This document shows, piece by piece, positions 9,167-19,143 of a stretch of 64,000 bases of DNA. The notes below the pieces were generated by a model that was not told the DNA's origin, ran no database searches, and saw nothing but the letters and a program-made list of their open reading frames with translations. The translations under genes were made by a program, and so were the position numbers. Origin of the DNA: an uncultured bacterium. Its GTDB lineage: Bacteria > Patescibacteriota > Minisyncoccia > Phycocordibacterales > PALSA-1337. The DNA is taken from NCBI GenBank assembly GCA_963701025.1, contig OY969557.1:801953-865952 (forward strand), given 5' to 3'. The stretch's first letter is position 1, and every line of letters starts with the position of its first letter.

Positions 9167-9305
9167 GAGTCTAGAGTTAAGTTGACAGCTGTAGAACCAA
9201 GCATGTGAAATTATTTGCATGTTTTGCTCTGCAGCTGATAAAAACCCTAGTTTTCTCACTCAAACTGGTGAGAAAGGTTGAATATTCAGATGCGGATTCT
9301 GTTCT

Positions 9306-9941
9306 ATGAAAGATATGACTACCCTCGGGGCGGTTAACGCCCTATTCGCCGATGCTGAAAACAATACGAGTCATCCCGGCCGTAGTCGGCTCGAAAGCGT
9401 ACCACCGCTCCTCGACCGGCTAACTCACATCCAGGTCAAAGTCGGTTTTTTCGAGGATGAACATCCGGACATGATCCCGAACGGCCTCCATGATCGCGCC
9501 AGGATTGATCCTGTCAAAGCCCAAGGCAAGAATTACCGGGACAATGGCAAGCAGATCATCGCCGTGAACCAAGTCTCTGTCTGGAATCTGTGCGTCGAAT
9601 TGCTGGCGCACGGACTAGCTCTGCAGGACGCCTTCTCCTACGTCAAGAGCGAGCGAGACCTGAGAAACCGCGACCGCCAGCGGATAAAGCGGACGGTAGT
9701 GTTCGACTTCGGCAAATCGGCCGATGCTCCTTCCAAGCTCATGCAGGACCCGATCATCCAGAGGCTTCTGAAGGCCACCTGGCGGGATTGCTTCGTTTGG
9801 GACAATACCCTGGTCTCGACAATGGTCCAGGAGAATCCGGATCGTTCGGTCACCATTAACTGCCGCAACCCCCAGTCAAGTCCTGCTGTAAAGGAATTGG
9901 CCATCGAGGATCGCGAATTGATTCATCGGAACGTGCGATAA
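9306..9941 (+). CDS. Hypothetical protein
   Basis: 211-aa ORF with its own promoter and terminator CACCGGGAG...CTCTCGGTGCTTTTT. Confidence 0.65.
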   Translation: MKDMTTLGAVNALFADAENNTSHPGRSRLESVPPLLDRLTHIQVKVGFFEDEHPDMIPNGLHDRARIDPVKAQGKNYRDNGKQIIAVNQVSVWNLCVELLAHGLALQDAFSYVKSERDLRNRDRQRIKRTVVFDFGKSADAPSKLMQDPIIQRLLKATWRDCFVWDNTLVSTMVQENPDRSVTINCRNPQSSPAVKELAIEDRELIHRNVR

Positions 9942-9986
9942 GGCATCACGCGTACACGGCACCGGGAGATTTTCTCTCGGTGCTTT

Positions 9987-11378
9987 TTAGTCTCTAATGA
10001 CAGGCTCGAAATGGGCCATAGTAGCGGCGCATGATCCCTCTCCGAGCGCCGACTTAACATCTAACTCCTCCTCGGATATAAATGGAGGAGGCGTCCCAGA
10101 TACGAGATTGAAAAGATGCGACAGGAATGTCGTCGCATATTGGCCTTTAGCCAGAGAAAAAGACACTATGATGCCGTTATTCGTCGCCGTCGAAGAGTGG
10201 ATATCGGGGATATCTTTGGTCGGAACGCTCCGTTTCATGAACCTGATGATCGAGAATTGACGCACATATTGAGTAGGGAGGGGATAAAGTTTGAGTGCCT
10301 CCAGGAATGGCTTATACAGGTCGATGTCTGATTGGTCAGTACTGAATATGAGAGGTAGTTGAGGTGGCGGCTTATTGCCAGATCCTAATTCCATCGATAT
10401 ATATTCATTGAACAAAAGGGAAGGGACGGAGTAGACCATGAGCGAGACTTTATCCATGAGTTGTTGTAACGCACCCTGCCAATGGCCAGGTTTTCTTTGA
10501 AGAAATCTAATGATCGCCGTCTCTTCTCTGAAAAGGAGCGGGACATCCTTGACGATCTCCGATGACGCGTTCCAGTCTCCCCATGTTTCCGTCAGCTTTT
10601 TGCGTATCTGTTGCGAGAACTGATTCTCGAGTGGCGATGTCTCGGTCAATATGCGGCGTATGGCTCTTTCATACTGACCTTGTATGATGTCTATGCCGCA
10701 TGCGACATTGATGAGGCGTGGCATACCAAATCGTTGCAGATAATAAAAATTATAGAAGCCATCGTCTTTGACCCTTTCCAAATTCCGAGCAAATTCGGCA
10801 GTATGTTCCGGTGTAAAGATATCTTGTCCCGTTCTGACATATATAGTGAAGCGATTTCCGCCTATGACACCCTTCTGCATTGGCTTGGTGGCCGTGGCTA
10901 TATCTTTGATAAAGAAATGAGATGATCGTATCGATTTTATTTTGTCGATCGGTATATTTTTGAATGATATCCGTTGCGCGGTTATGGCCTCTTTATCTTT
11001 TATTCCCCCATATCCTATGTCCGTCTTTTGACACTTTAATATAGCGACTATCTCGTCCACGGCTTCTATCGTGGACATGTTGCATTTAACAAGAGTAGCG
11101 TGGATAAACGGTCCAGTGATTTGACTAGCGTCTCGTTCATTCAATTCTATAGTGCATACTTTTCCATCGATTCCTATCTCTTCGACGATAAAATCCGAAG
11201 GTAGTCGCTTTATCATTCCTCGGACGAATTTTTCCTTTCCCGGGATATATATGCCCAGATTTCTAAGAAAATAAGCATCTTCTACGAGGGTTGGGCTACG
11301 GAACAGCTCTGGCGATATTTTTTTTAATGAGCTGATGTATTCGTTCTGCCGTCTCTTGGCTTCATTGATAGTATCCAT
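9987..11378 (-). CDS. truD: tRNA pseudouridine(13) synthase TruD
   Basis: DFIVEEI, GYGGIKDKEAITAQ, GNRFTI, NFYYLQRFG, KGQYATT motifs; start uncertain. Confidence 0.9.
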   Translation of the reverse strand: MDTINEAKRRQNEYISSLKKISPELFRSPTLVEDAYFLRNLGIYIPGKEKFVRGMIKRLPSDFIVEEIGIDGKVCTIELNERDASQITGPFIHATLVKCNMSTIEAVDEIVAILKCQKTDIGYGGIKDKEAITAQRISFKNIPIDKIKSIRSSHFFIKDIATATKPMQKGVIGGNRFTIYVRTGQDIFTPEHTAEFARNLERVKDDGFYNFYYLQRFGMPRLINVACGIDIIQGQYERAIRRILTETSPLENQFSQQIRKKLTETWGDWNASSEIVKDVPLLFREETAIIRFLQRKPGHWQGALQQLMDKVSLMVYSVPSLLFNEYISMELGSGNKPPPQLPLIFSTDQSDIDLYKPFLEALKLYPLPTQYVRQFSIIRFMKRSVPTKDIPDIHSSTATNNGIIVSFSLAKGQYATTFLSHLFNLVSGTPPPFISEEELDVKSALGEGSCAATMAHFEPVIRD

Positions 11379-11439
11379 ATCATAATTGTATCCATTTTCA
11401 CCCATAAACACTAATTGTCTTTTGTCGTATACTATACCC

Positions 11440-12756
11440 ATGACCTCCCGAGACTATTTTCAGGGCAAAAGGATCGCGGTCGTGGGCCTGGGGCCTCACG
11501 GGGAGATGGTGGCTGACGCGAAATTCTTGATCAAGGAGGATGCCCTGGTATCGGTCTACGACTTGCGGAGCGAGGCTAGAGTCAAAGAGCACATCGTCTT
11601 CCTGCGCTCGATCGGCTTGGCTAACTATGTCTGCGGCTCCATCCCGCCAGACGACCTGCTGGACATGGACCTCATCATACTGTCGCACGAATATCCGCGC
11701 GAGTCGTCATTCCTCAAAGCCGCCAAAGAAAAAGGCATACAGATCGAATATCCGGAGACGCTCTTCTTCCGCTTGGCTCCGCCGGTCACGGTGGTCGGCG
11801 TCATGGGCTCGGCCGGCAAGGCCTCCGTCGTCTCCATGCTTGCCCCTCTGCTTGAAGCGGCCTGCGAAGCCGATGGGGAACAAGCCTCCTTCACCCTCGA
11901 TCCTGAATCGGGCCGCGGTATCCTTGCGGTATTGAAGAAGATGAAGAGCGGCGATATCGCTCTAGTCAGGGTCATCGAGCCTCTGATGCGCGAAGTGCGC
12001 GACATGAGGATATCTCCGCATGTGGCCATATTCACGACCGTGCCGCCAGCGGGATGCTATGACGCGTCGCCTTTCGAGATCCTGGCCCATCAGACCTATA
12101 ACAATTTCATCGTGGCTCCCGACGAGGTCATCGACGCTATTCACGCTATCAAGTTCCAGCCAAAGGCTAAGATGCTCCGCACCAAGGAGTCGCTCATTCC
12201 CGCCGATTGGGATTTCGCCGGACGGGGCCGCGACCGCGAGAACGCGGCCCTGGCTCTCCAGGCGGCGCGTCTGTTCAAGGTATCCGATGAAGCGGCGGAG
12301 ATGGCCTTCAAGGAGTGGAAACCGCTCAAAGGCAGGCTTGAGCCTATCAAGAAGGTCAAGAATATCGAATTTTATAACGACACTGCCTCGGTCTCTCCCG
12401 ACTCGACGGTGGCGGCGGTGAAGTGCCTTTCCGATAATCGCAACCTAGTCCTCATCATGGGCGGTGCCGACGCCGGCAAGGATTATCATGAGCTCTACGG
12501 AGTCTTGCCGCAATGCGCCCATACGGTCGTTCTCTTGCCCGGGTCCGGTACCATGAAAGAGCGCAAGACTCTCCGCACGCTCGATCACGTGGAGATGCTC
12601 TCTGCTCCGTCGGTCGAGGAAGCCGTGCGTCTGGCGCGAGACCACGCCCACGCCGGCGACCGCGTCCTCTTCAGCCCGGCTTTCGCCGCGGCCGGCCTCG
12701 ACGCCTCGCGCGCCTTGCGCGGCGAACGGTTCGTCAGGGCGGTCAGATCTTTATAG
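11440..12756 (+). CDS. murD: MurD-like Mur ligase with divergent P-loop
   Basis: GKRIAVVGLG, GVMGSAGKAS, FYNDTAS, LIMGGADAG, GDRVLFSPAFAA. Confidence 0.75.
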   Translation: MTSRDYFQGKRIAVVGLGPHGEMVADAKFLIKEDALVSVYDLRSEARVKEHIVFLRSIGLANYVCGSIPPDDLLDMDLIILSHEYPRESSFLKAAKEKGIQIEYPETLFFRLAPPVTVVGVMGSAGKASVVSMLAPLLEAACEADGEQASFTLDPESGRGILAVLKKMKSGDIALVRVIEPLMREVRDMRISPHVAIFTTVPPAGCYDASPFEILAHQTYNNFIVAPDEVIDAIHAIKFQPKAKMLRTKESLIPADWDFAGRGRDRENAALALQAARLFKVSDEAAEMAFKEWKPLKGRLEPIKKVKNIEFYNDTASVSPDSTVAAVKCLSDNRNLVLIMGGADAGKDYHELYGVLPQCAHTVVLLPGSGTMKERKTLRTLDHVEMLSAPSVEEAVRLARDHAHAGDRVLFSPAFAAAGLDASRALRGERFVRAVRSL

Positions 12757-12788
12757 TGGTCGATAATCCTATTTTTCAGTCGCTTTTC

Positions 12789-13757
12789 TCACTCGCCGCC
12801 GATCACACAGACGATAGTAGGCGGTAGATCGAAGCCTGACGCGGCCGCTTTCATCGCTCCGGCCACGGGTAAAGCGCCGTTCGGCGAAAGGGAAAGGCCC
12901 GCATATTTCAAAGCCATCTCCTCGGCCGCTTGTATGTCGTCGTTCGAGACGATCCAACCATGGCCGCCAGTCTTCTTGATGAGAGGGACAAGGACGGATT
13001 TTCTTATGGCCATTGTATCGACTATGGCATCAGCCGTGGAACGCTCATCCGACCCGTCGTATGGTTCGAATCCGTCGGCGATGGCATGACATGACGATGT
13101 TTGGACGATGTGGATCTGTATGGGCAGTTTTTTTTCGCTGAAATACGCGGCCAGAGCTTGTGCCGTCGTTCCTGAAGAAGTGCCGATGAAAATCGCCGCT
13201 CCTTTTGAGATGAGCTTCGCATCCGTGGCTAATTCCTCTGCCAGCGATTTGTATCCCTCCAAAGCGGTGTCATCGGTCGATTGGCGCAAGCTCCTCACGC
13301 CATCGTTCACAGCCTGGGTCAATGCCTGGAGCGGCCGTTCCTTGACCAGAACGCGGATGTGGCTGCCACTCTCGGGTGACGCCGCCGTCGCCGCGGCGAT
13401 ATCCTTGAGCTTGCCGAGCTTGTGCGGCGCGATATGATGACCGACGAAAATGTCTAGTTCAATAAGTTGATTGCTTGTCGAATCTTGAATGATCTTCGAA
13501 CCATGTCGCTTTAGTTGACTAAAGTGCCTTGAATTGAGCTTCCTCACATACATAGCCGCCGCCAGGGCCGCATTGCCGGAAGACGACAGTGCGAAACGGC
13601 GCTCGCCTTTCCGCGCGTAATGATCGATCATGACCGGTATGGAACGGCCTTTGTGCGAGCCGTATGGGTGCATGTCCTCGCGTTTGAAAAGGAGGCGCGA
13701 GACGCCGACCGCCGCGGCCAGGTCGGGATATGATTCGATGGGTGTGACAGGCTTCAT
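12789..13757 (-). CDS. PLP-dependent fold-type II enzyme (threonine synthase/cysteine synthase-like)
   Basis: FKREDMHPYGSHKGR, SSSGNAALA, GTSSGTT. Confidence 0.85.
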   Translation of the reverse strand: MKPVTPIESYPDLAAAVGVSRLLFKREDMHPYGSHKGRSIPVMIDHYARKGERRFALSSSGNAALAAAMYVRKLNSRHFSQLKRHGSKIIQDSTSNQLIELDIFVGHHIAPHKLGKLKDIAAATAASPESGSHIRVLVKERPLQALTQAVNDGVRSLRQSTDDTALEGYKSLAEELATDAKLISKGAAIFIGTSSGTTAQALAAYFSEKKLPIQIHIVQTSSCHAIADGFEPYDGSDERSTADAIVDTMAIRKSVLVPLIKKTGGHGWIVSNDDIQAAEEMALKYAGLSLSPNGALPVAGAMKAAASGFDLPPTIVCVIGGE

Positions 13758-13805
13758 GTCCGTGGAGATATTGCCATACTAACCCATTTCCTATATCATG
13801 GAAAG

Positions 13806-14000
13806 ATGATCCAAAAGAATATGAAAAAAGAAGACTCCCTGTGCGTCTGTCCCGAATGCAAGAACACAGTCGACATTTCCCGCTATCCGAACATCGCCCC
13901 CGGCATGGTCATAGAATGCGATCATTGCGGCATGACCCTCTCGGTCAAGGAGATCGCGAATGCGGAGATCAAGACGGAGATCGTCGATGAAGGTAAGTAG
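13806..14000 (+). CDS. LysW-like zinc-ribbon small protein
   Basis: CPEC...GMVIECDHCGMTLSV spacing typical of LysW; C-terminus IVDEGK. Confidence 0.65.
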   Translation: MIQKNMKKEDSLCVCPECKNTVDISRYPNIAPGMVIECDHCGMTLSVKEIANAEIKTEIVDEGK

Positions 14001-15429
14001 CGCACTCCTCTATCATCCCTCGGAAGCCGTGTGAGCCTAGGAAGGCGATGACGTCTCTACGCTTTGCTTGCGACTGGAGAAAGATGACAAGTTTCTTGTC
14101 ATCTTCTACATAGACGGTATGAGGATGCGTCGCGCCTATCGTCGCCGCCAATTCATCGCCCTCAATCGGCGGGGTCGGTTCATCGTCCGCTTTTTTCAGC
14201 TTTGTCAGCCGGGGTATGACGACGATGTCGGCGTCCGCGAAAGCGCCATCGTATTTAGCCGCAGACTCGCGGCGCCTGCCGCCGATATTCGGCTCGAAGA
14301 CGACGATGATCTTGCCGTCGTATATATTCCGCAATTCTTTCAGCACGGAAGAGGCTTTTTCCGGCGAATGGGCGATGTCGTCGAGGACGGTGACGCCGGC
14401 ATTCAAAATGGAACCGTCCAGCCGCTTCTCGAGGCGGCGCTTCAATCCCTTGAACGATGCCATGGCCGCGACGATCTTTTCCGACGCGATGCCGATCTCG
14501 TGCGCCATAGCGAAACAGCCCGTGATATTCTCGGCTTGGAACGAACCCAATAGGGGTGATCTCACTTTGAATGTCTGTCCTTGGTGGACGATGCCGAACT
14601 CAAGACCATCTTTCGATTGATGGACATCGCGATAGGAATAGTCGGCACCGGAAGAACCATACCAGACGATCTTTTTCGAAGAGCCGGCGAGCGTTCGGAC
14701 GACACCCGGCTGATCTTTATTGGCTACGATAAGGCCGGAGTTGGGGACGATGAAGCCGGAGTCAGGTATGCCCGCGACTAATTTCTTGAAAGCGTCGAAA
14801 TAGTCCGCTTCGGTCGGATAGAGATCGGCATGATCCCAGGATACCGCCGATAGGAGCAGGTGCGTAGGCCGGTAATGGAAGAACTTGGCCCGCAGGTCGG
14901 TGGGCGAGCTTTTGTATTCGTCGCCTTCGAAGACGCTCCAATCGCTCCTGGAAAGCCGAGCTGGAGCTTCCGTCGACAGCGCTACGCCGCCGAACATGTA
15001 TGACGGGTCTAGTCCGGCCTCGGAGAGGATATGCGAAAGGAGGGCCGATTGGGAGGTCTTTCCCCATGTGCCGGTGCAGACGATGGAATGCTTTCTGACG
15101 AAATATCGGCCGATGGCTTCGGCGAACGAGCACGCCGGTATGCCGAACTGTTCGGCCGCGGCGGTCTCCGGGTTCTGCCTGCCGGAAGCCGTGCCGATGA
15201 CCACGAGATCCGGAGCGCCGCCAGCCACCATCTTTTCCGGATGCCAGCCGGCGTAAAAATCGATGCCGGCCCTCTCCAGCTCGGTCGAAACCGGCGGGAA
15301 GAAGCCCTTGTCGGAGCCGGTCACCTTGACGCCGGCCTTGTGGAAGGCGATGGCCAAGGCGCTGGTGGCCACGCCGGATATGCCGATGACGTGAATATGG
15401 CGCGGTAGTTTCGGCAGGCTTGCGTTCAT
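13969..15429 (-). CDS. Mur ligase, Mpl/MurC-like
   Basis: HIHVIGISG, VTGSD, CTGTWGKTS, FEGDEY, DHADLY, FKGLKRRLE, DDIAHSP. Confidence 0.9.
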   Translation of the reverse strand: MNASLPKLPRHIHVIGISGVATSALAIAFHKAGVKVTGSDKGFFPPVSTELERAGIDFYAGWHPEKMVAGGAPDLVVIGTASGRQNPETAAAEQFGIPACSFAEAIGRYFVRKHSIVCTGTWGKTSQSALLSHILSEAGLDPSYMFGGVALSTEAPARLSRSDWSVFEGDEYKSSPTDLRAKFFHYRPTHLLLSAVSWDHADLYPTEADYFDAFKKLVAGIPDSGFIVPNSGLIVANKDQPGVVRTLAGSSKKIVWYGSSGADYSYRDVHQSKDGLEFGIVHQGQTFKVRSPLLGSFQAENITGCFAMAHEIGIASEKIVAAMASFKGLKRRLEKRLDGSILNAGVTVLDDIAHSPEKASSVLKELRNIYDGKIIVVFEPNIGGRRRESAAKYDGAFADADIVVIPRLTKLKKADDEPTPPIEGDELAATIGATHPHTVYVEDDKKLVIFLQSQAKRRDVIAFLGSHGFRGMIEECATYLHRRSPS

Positions 15430-15513
15430 AATCAGCTTAGTATAGCGTATATGCAGAACGGCGAAAACCGCCGAATCATGGCTCTAAGATATAATCTCAC
15501 CGCTCTTACACAT

Positions 15514-15837
15514 ATGAACGAAAATTCTCCGCACACGCTAGCCGACTTGGCCGCGGCGGCGCAGGAAGGCAAATACTTTTTCGAGTTCGAGAATCTCCCT
15601 ACAGGCATCAAGGACGAAGAAGTGTGGGATATATTCGGCGAATATGACGATATCCAGCTTATACCTCTGGGGGCCGAAGACTCTTATTTTGCCGGGCTGC
15701 TCGGCGAAGACCAAGCAGTCTGGACCGACGATGACAAGCTCTTGTTCACCATAGTGAAGAACAAGCGCCAACAGGAGGGGATCTTGGTCATCAGATTCGA
15801 GCCTGACGGCGTCAAACTGCTCAAAGGGATGGTATAA
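15514..15837 (+). CDS. Hypothetical acidic protein
   Basis: ORF downstream of TATAAT; followed by a hairpin. Confidence 0.6.
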   Translation: MNENSPHTLADLAAAAQEGKYFFEFENLPTGIKDEEVWDIFGEYDDIQLIPLGAEDSYFAGLLGEDQAVWTDDDKLLFTIVKNKRQQEGILVIRFEPDGVKLLKGMV

Positions 15838-15911
15838 TTGCCAGAACCGAGCCAGCGTCTCTCTAACCCCCGCGCTTCATGTCGCGGGATTTTTAATTTT
15901 TCAGGACTACG

Positions 15912-16646
15912 TCATCTCTTCAAAAGATCCTTGATTGCCTCCGTGTCTTTTCGCCACGCGCCGGATTCTCCCCCGCCGACCGGCGGACCGCCGTCGAACC
16001 ATTCGAGGCCGGAAAATTGGAGCTTATAGGTGTCTCCTGGTCTTTGGAGGGAACCCAGATAAACAAATCGTTTACCGGTCTCTTTGGCGTGTTGTATAGC
16101 TTGTATCATCATGCCGAGGCCCATGTCTTTGGGCGCGGCGGCCAGATCGTAGAACGGATATGAATAGTGCAAAAGCGTCGCATTAGAATAGCAGATAGCA
16201 TATCCAAGCGGCTTGCTTTCTGCATCCCGGTCAGGCTTATATGTGAGCAGGGCGTTAAAATTGCTTTTGGCCGGGTCAGTCAGCATTTCCTTAACCTTTG
16301 CCGCGCTCATAATGCCAGCGCCGAATTTATTTTCATAGAAATCCTTGGCCATTTTGCCTATAGACCAGTCATACTCTTTGAGCGGCACTTTAGTCAAGTA
16401 AAGTGGCACTCCTTCAACGTTCGTGCTGACTGTGCCCGTGCCGCCCATATTCGCGCCGACTTTCTTCAATATACGCCTGTTCTCGCTCGACAATTCGAAC
16501 CGCGCCAGGTTGATCCGCACGCTCCGCGTCTGATGCATGACGCCCTTTCCTATCCTAGTGAAGACATAGCCGCGCGCGTACATATCGGCGACATTCTCCT
16601 CCGAGAAGTCGGTTATAGTTTTCTCATCCCAATGTAAGTAGTTCAT
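15912..16646 (-). CDS. Aminoacyl-tRNA-protein transferase-like (ATE1/Bpt, GNAT fold)
   Basis: RGYVFTR, YSYPFYD, GKRFVYLGS, YKLQF resemble ATE C-terminal domain motifs. Confidence 0.7.
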   Translation of the reverse strand: MNYLHWDEKTITDFSEENVADMYARGYVFTRIGKGVMHQTRSVRINLARFELSSENRRILKKVGANMGGTGTVSTNVEGVPLYLTKVPLKEYDWSIGKMAKDFYENKFGAGIMSAAKVKEMLTDPAKSNFNALLTYKPDRDAESKPLGYAICYSNATLLHYSYPFYDLAAAPKDMGLGMMIQAIQHAKETGKRFVYLGSLQRPGDTYKLQFSGLEWFDGGPPVGGGESGAWRKDTEAIKDLLKR

Positions 16647-16678
16647 GTTAAACCTTTTGACCCTTCCACCTTTTTATC

Positions 16679-17807
16679 TTAATGCAGCGCCAGCCAGAAT
16701 CCGAAGACCACGAAGATGAAGTGCACCACCCAGAATCTCATGACGGTCTTCTCCTCGCTCCAGCCCTTGAGCTCGAAATGATGGTGAAGGGGCGCCATGG
16801 CGAAGACTTTGCGGCCGAAGAGATAGCGCGAACCGACCTGGATGACGACGGACAGGGCCTCGATATAGAACATGAAGCCGAGGAAAGGGAGCGAGCCAAG
16901 CTCGCCGATGGCCAAGGCGTTCACGGCCAGCAGGGCGCCCAAGCCGAGCGAGCCGACGTCGCCCATCATGAATCGCGCCGGCTTGATATTGAAATAAGTG
17001 TACGCGGTGATGGCTCCGACGGCGGTGGCGTTCAGGATGGCGATCTCGCCGAAGCCGTTGATCCACGAGAGCAGGGTGAGAGCGCTGAAGGTCGTGATGA
17101 GCATGCCCCCGGCCAAGCCATCCATGCCGTCGGCGATGTTGACTGCGTTGGCCGTGAACATGACCACCAGGATGACGATCGGCACGATCATCCAGCCGGC
17201 GTCGATCGACCAGCCGAAGGGAAAGTAGATGAAATGCCAGGCTGGCCCGAGCTTGTCATAGACCCACCAGGCGGTGACCGCTCCGGCGATGAATTGCAGT
17301 ATGAGCTTCTCATGGACGAAGACGCCGCGCCGAGTCCGCGAACCGAACCAGACGGACATGCGCTTGAAGGCGGTCCATGGCAGAGTGACGAAGTACCAGA
17401 ACGCGCATAGTCCATTCTTTGTGGATATGGACGAGCGTCCAAACATGAGAGAGCTTGCGGGAACGCCGCTCGGCGCCATATATGCTCATGAGGTCATCCA
17501 CTGCGCCTAGGAGGGCGGAAAAAAGCATGACGCCGACAGGCACGTAGGTGAAAGAGCGGGACCAGTTGAAGAGATAGGTGATGACGGCCACGGTCACGAT
17601 GACCAAAAGGCCGCCCATGACCGGTGTAGTGGCCTTGTAGGCGTGCGAGCCGAGCATGGTGAGCTCGGTCTTCGGGCCTTTTATGACATGGAAGCGGTAG
17701 AGCAGGCGTATAAGAAACGGCGCCCAGATGAACGCCACGACGGCCCCGACGAGCATGAAACCGATGATATAGGCCAAGTCGGCCGTGCCTTGGAGGATGC
17801 TGATCAT
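16679..17807 (-). CDS. mraY: Phospho-N-acetylmuramoyl-pentapeptide transferase (apparent frameshifts ~17310-17480)
   Basis: TPVMGG and GAVDD in 5' ORF; NAVNIADGMDGL, FMMGDVGSL, MAPLHHHFELKGWSE in 3' ORF. Confidence 0.9.
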
Positions 17808-17859
17808 GGGAGAACGATAGCATGAAAATAGGGCTATGTGGAGGCTTTATGGGGTGGTA

Positions 17860-17888
17860 TTGACATAGGTGTTGATTGGGTGTATAAT
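17860..17888 (+). promoter_or_regulatory. Perfect sigma70 consensus promoter for the DGR target gene
   Basis: TTGACA-17 nt-TATAAT. Confidence 0.75.
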
Positions 17889-17965
17889 GTCGACAGGTTA
17901 GAGATAGTTCATTTCCAACCCGCTGTGGCGAAGAGCCCAGCACCAGTAAATCCGAGCATGCCTCT

Positions 17966-18634
17966 ATGAGGCTCGCTCAAAACAAGAAAGGACACGCTAT
18001 TATGAATAGCACGTTCGCAATGAGTCAGGGTGCAGGTCAAAAATTGGAATTCGCTTTCCAACGCAACGATGGGAGTACAGCCGATTTGGATTGGCTCTCC
18101 ACTGGCGACAACCTCAAGTCAGTTATGCTACTCGCCCGGGGCGAAGCGGAATTGATCCTCAAGGTCAAGCCTGCTCCCGAGCCGGGGCCGGTTATCGACT
18201 CCATCATCCGTGTGGACCGCTCGATTCGTCCCACGTATCCCGATTGGGTTAAGACTGTGATGCATCCGGAGCTGGAGCCTCTTGGTCCGGCCGAGTATGA
18301 CATCGCGGAAGTCGAGCAATGGCTCCACGAAGGCCAGAAGGACGGGAAGTGGATCGAAGGCAACAATATCTACGCCCATCTCAAGGAGATCGACACTCTG
18401 AAGACCTGCCTCGGACTGCGTGACCTTGAAGAGATCCAAAAGAAAGGCATTGCCTTCTTCCGGAAACACTTTGGCGGCAAAGCAGTCTTTGGTTGGTCCG
18501 GTGTCGTGCGGCTCCGCCATGGCGACCTCTGCGTCCCGTACCTCTGCGGGTTCGGTGACAGAGTGGTCCTCTACTGGAGCTGGCTCGGCCTCGGCTGGGA
18601 CGGCGACTACCCGGCTCTCCGCCACGCAAGTTAG
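17966..18634 (+). CDS. DGR target (variable) protein with C-terminal VR; start may be 18002
   Basis: Last ~42 codons are an adenine-mutated copy of the TR. Confidence 0.9.
   Translation: MRLAQNKKGHAIMNSTFAMSQGAGQKLEFAFQRNDGSTADLDWLSTGDNLKSVMLLARGEAELILKVKPAPEPGPVIDSIIRVDRSIRPTYPDWVKTVMHPELEPLGPAEYDIAEVEQWLHEGQKDGKWIEGNNIYAHLKEIDTLKTCLGLRDLEEIQKKGIAFFRKHFGGKAVFGWSGVVRLRHGDLCVPYLCGFGDRVVLYWSWLGLGWDGDYPALRHAS
18505..18629 (+). repeat. DGR variable repeat (VR)
   Basis: 125-nt ungapped match to 19013-19137; 20 mismatches, all opposite TR adenines. Confidence 0.97.
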
Positions 18635-18732
18635 CGCTTAGGCCTTGGTCACTTTGCACTCTGTGCGCTTTGACCTTTGCCCTAAAAATTTGGTGGTCTA
18701 ACCACCCGGCATGGAATGAGCCGCTGACATTC

Positions 18733-18763
18733 AAAACCCACATGACGAAATCATGTGGGTTTT
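18733..18763. terminator. Perfect 13-bp inverted repeat (bidirectional terminator or DGR cruciform)
   Basis: AAAACCCACATGA-CGAAA-TCATGTGGGTTTT. Confidence 0.6.
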
Positions 18764-19012
18764 CGGCATATGGTAAACTATGTGCGGTAGTAGGCGAATC
18801 ATGCGGGCGGTCAAGGCTTCCCGCGGCCGAATCCAGTATCCATGAGCTGAGAACGAGAGCGGTTACGGCTTCTCTCGGAGGGCTTATGCAGACACTTCAA
18901 AAAATGAAGCTACTTGGTGCAGAATGTTATGGCATTATGATGCCGAATACGATTCAATCTCGAGATCGCGTAAGCTTCAAGGGATGGTGACATGGAAGAC
19001 ATTTTGCATATA

Positions 19013-19137
19013 CGTGCGGAACCGCCATGGCAACCTCAACGTCCCGTACCTCTACGAGAACGGTGACAAAGTGGTCCTCAACTGGAACTGGCTCGACAAC
19101 GACTGGAACAGCAACAACCCGGCTCTCCGCCACGCAA
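19013..19137 (+). repeat. DGR template repeat (TR)
   Basis: Ten AAC triplets in VR frame; identical to VR except at adenines. Confidence 0.97.
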
Positions 19138-19143
19138 TTCGTA

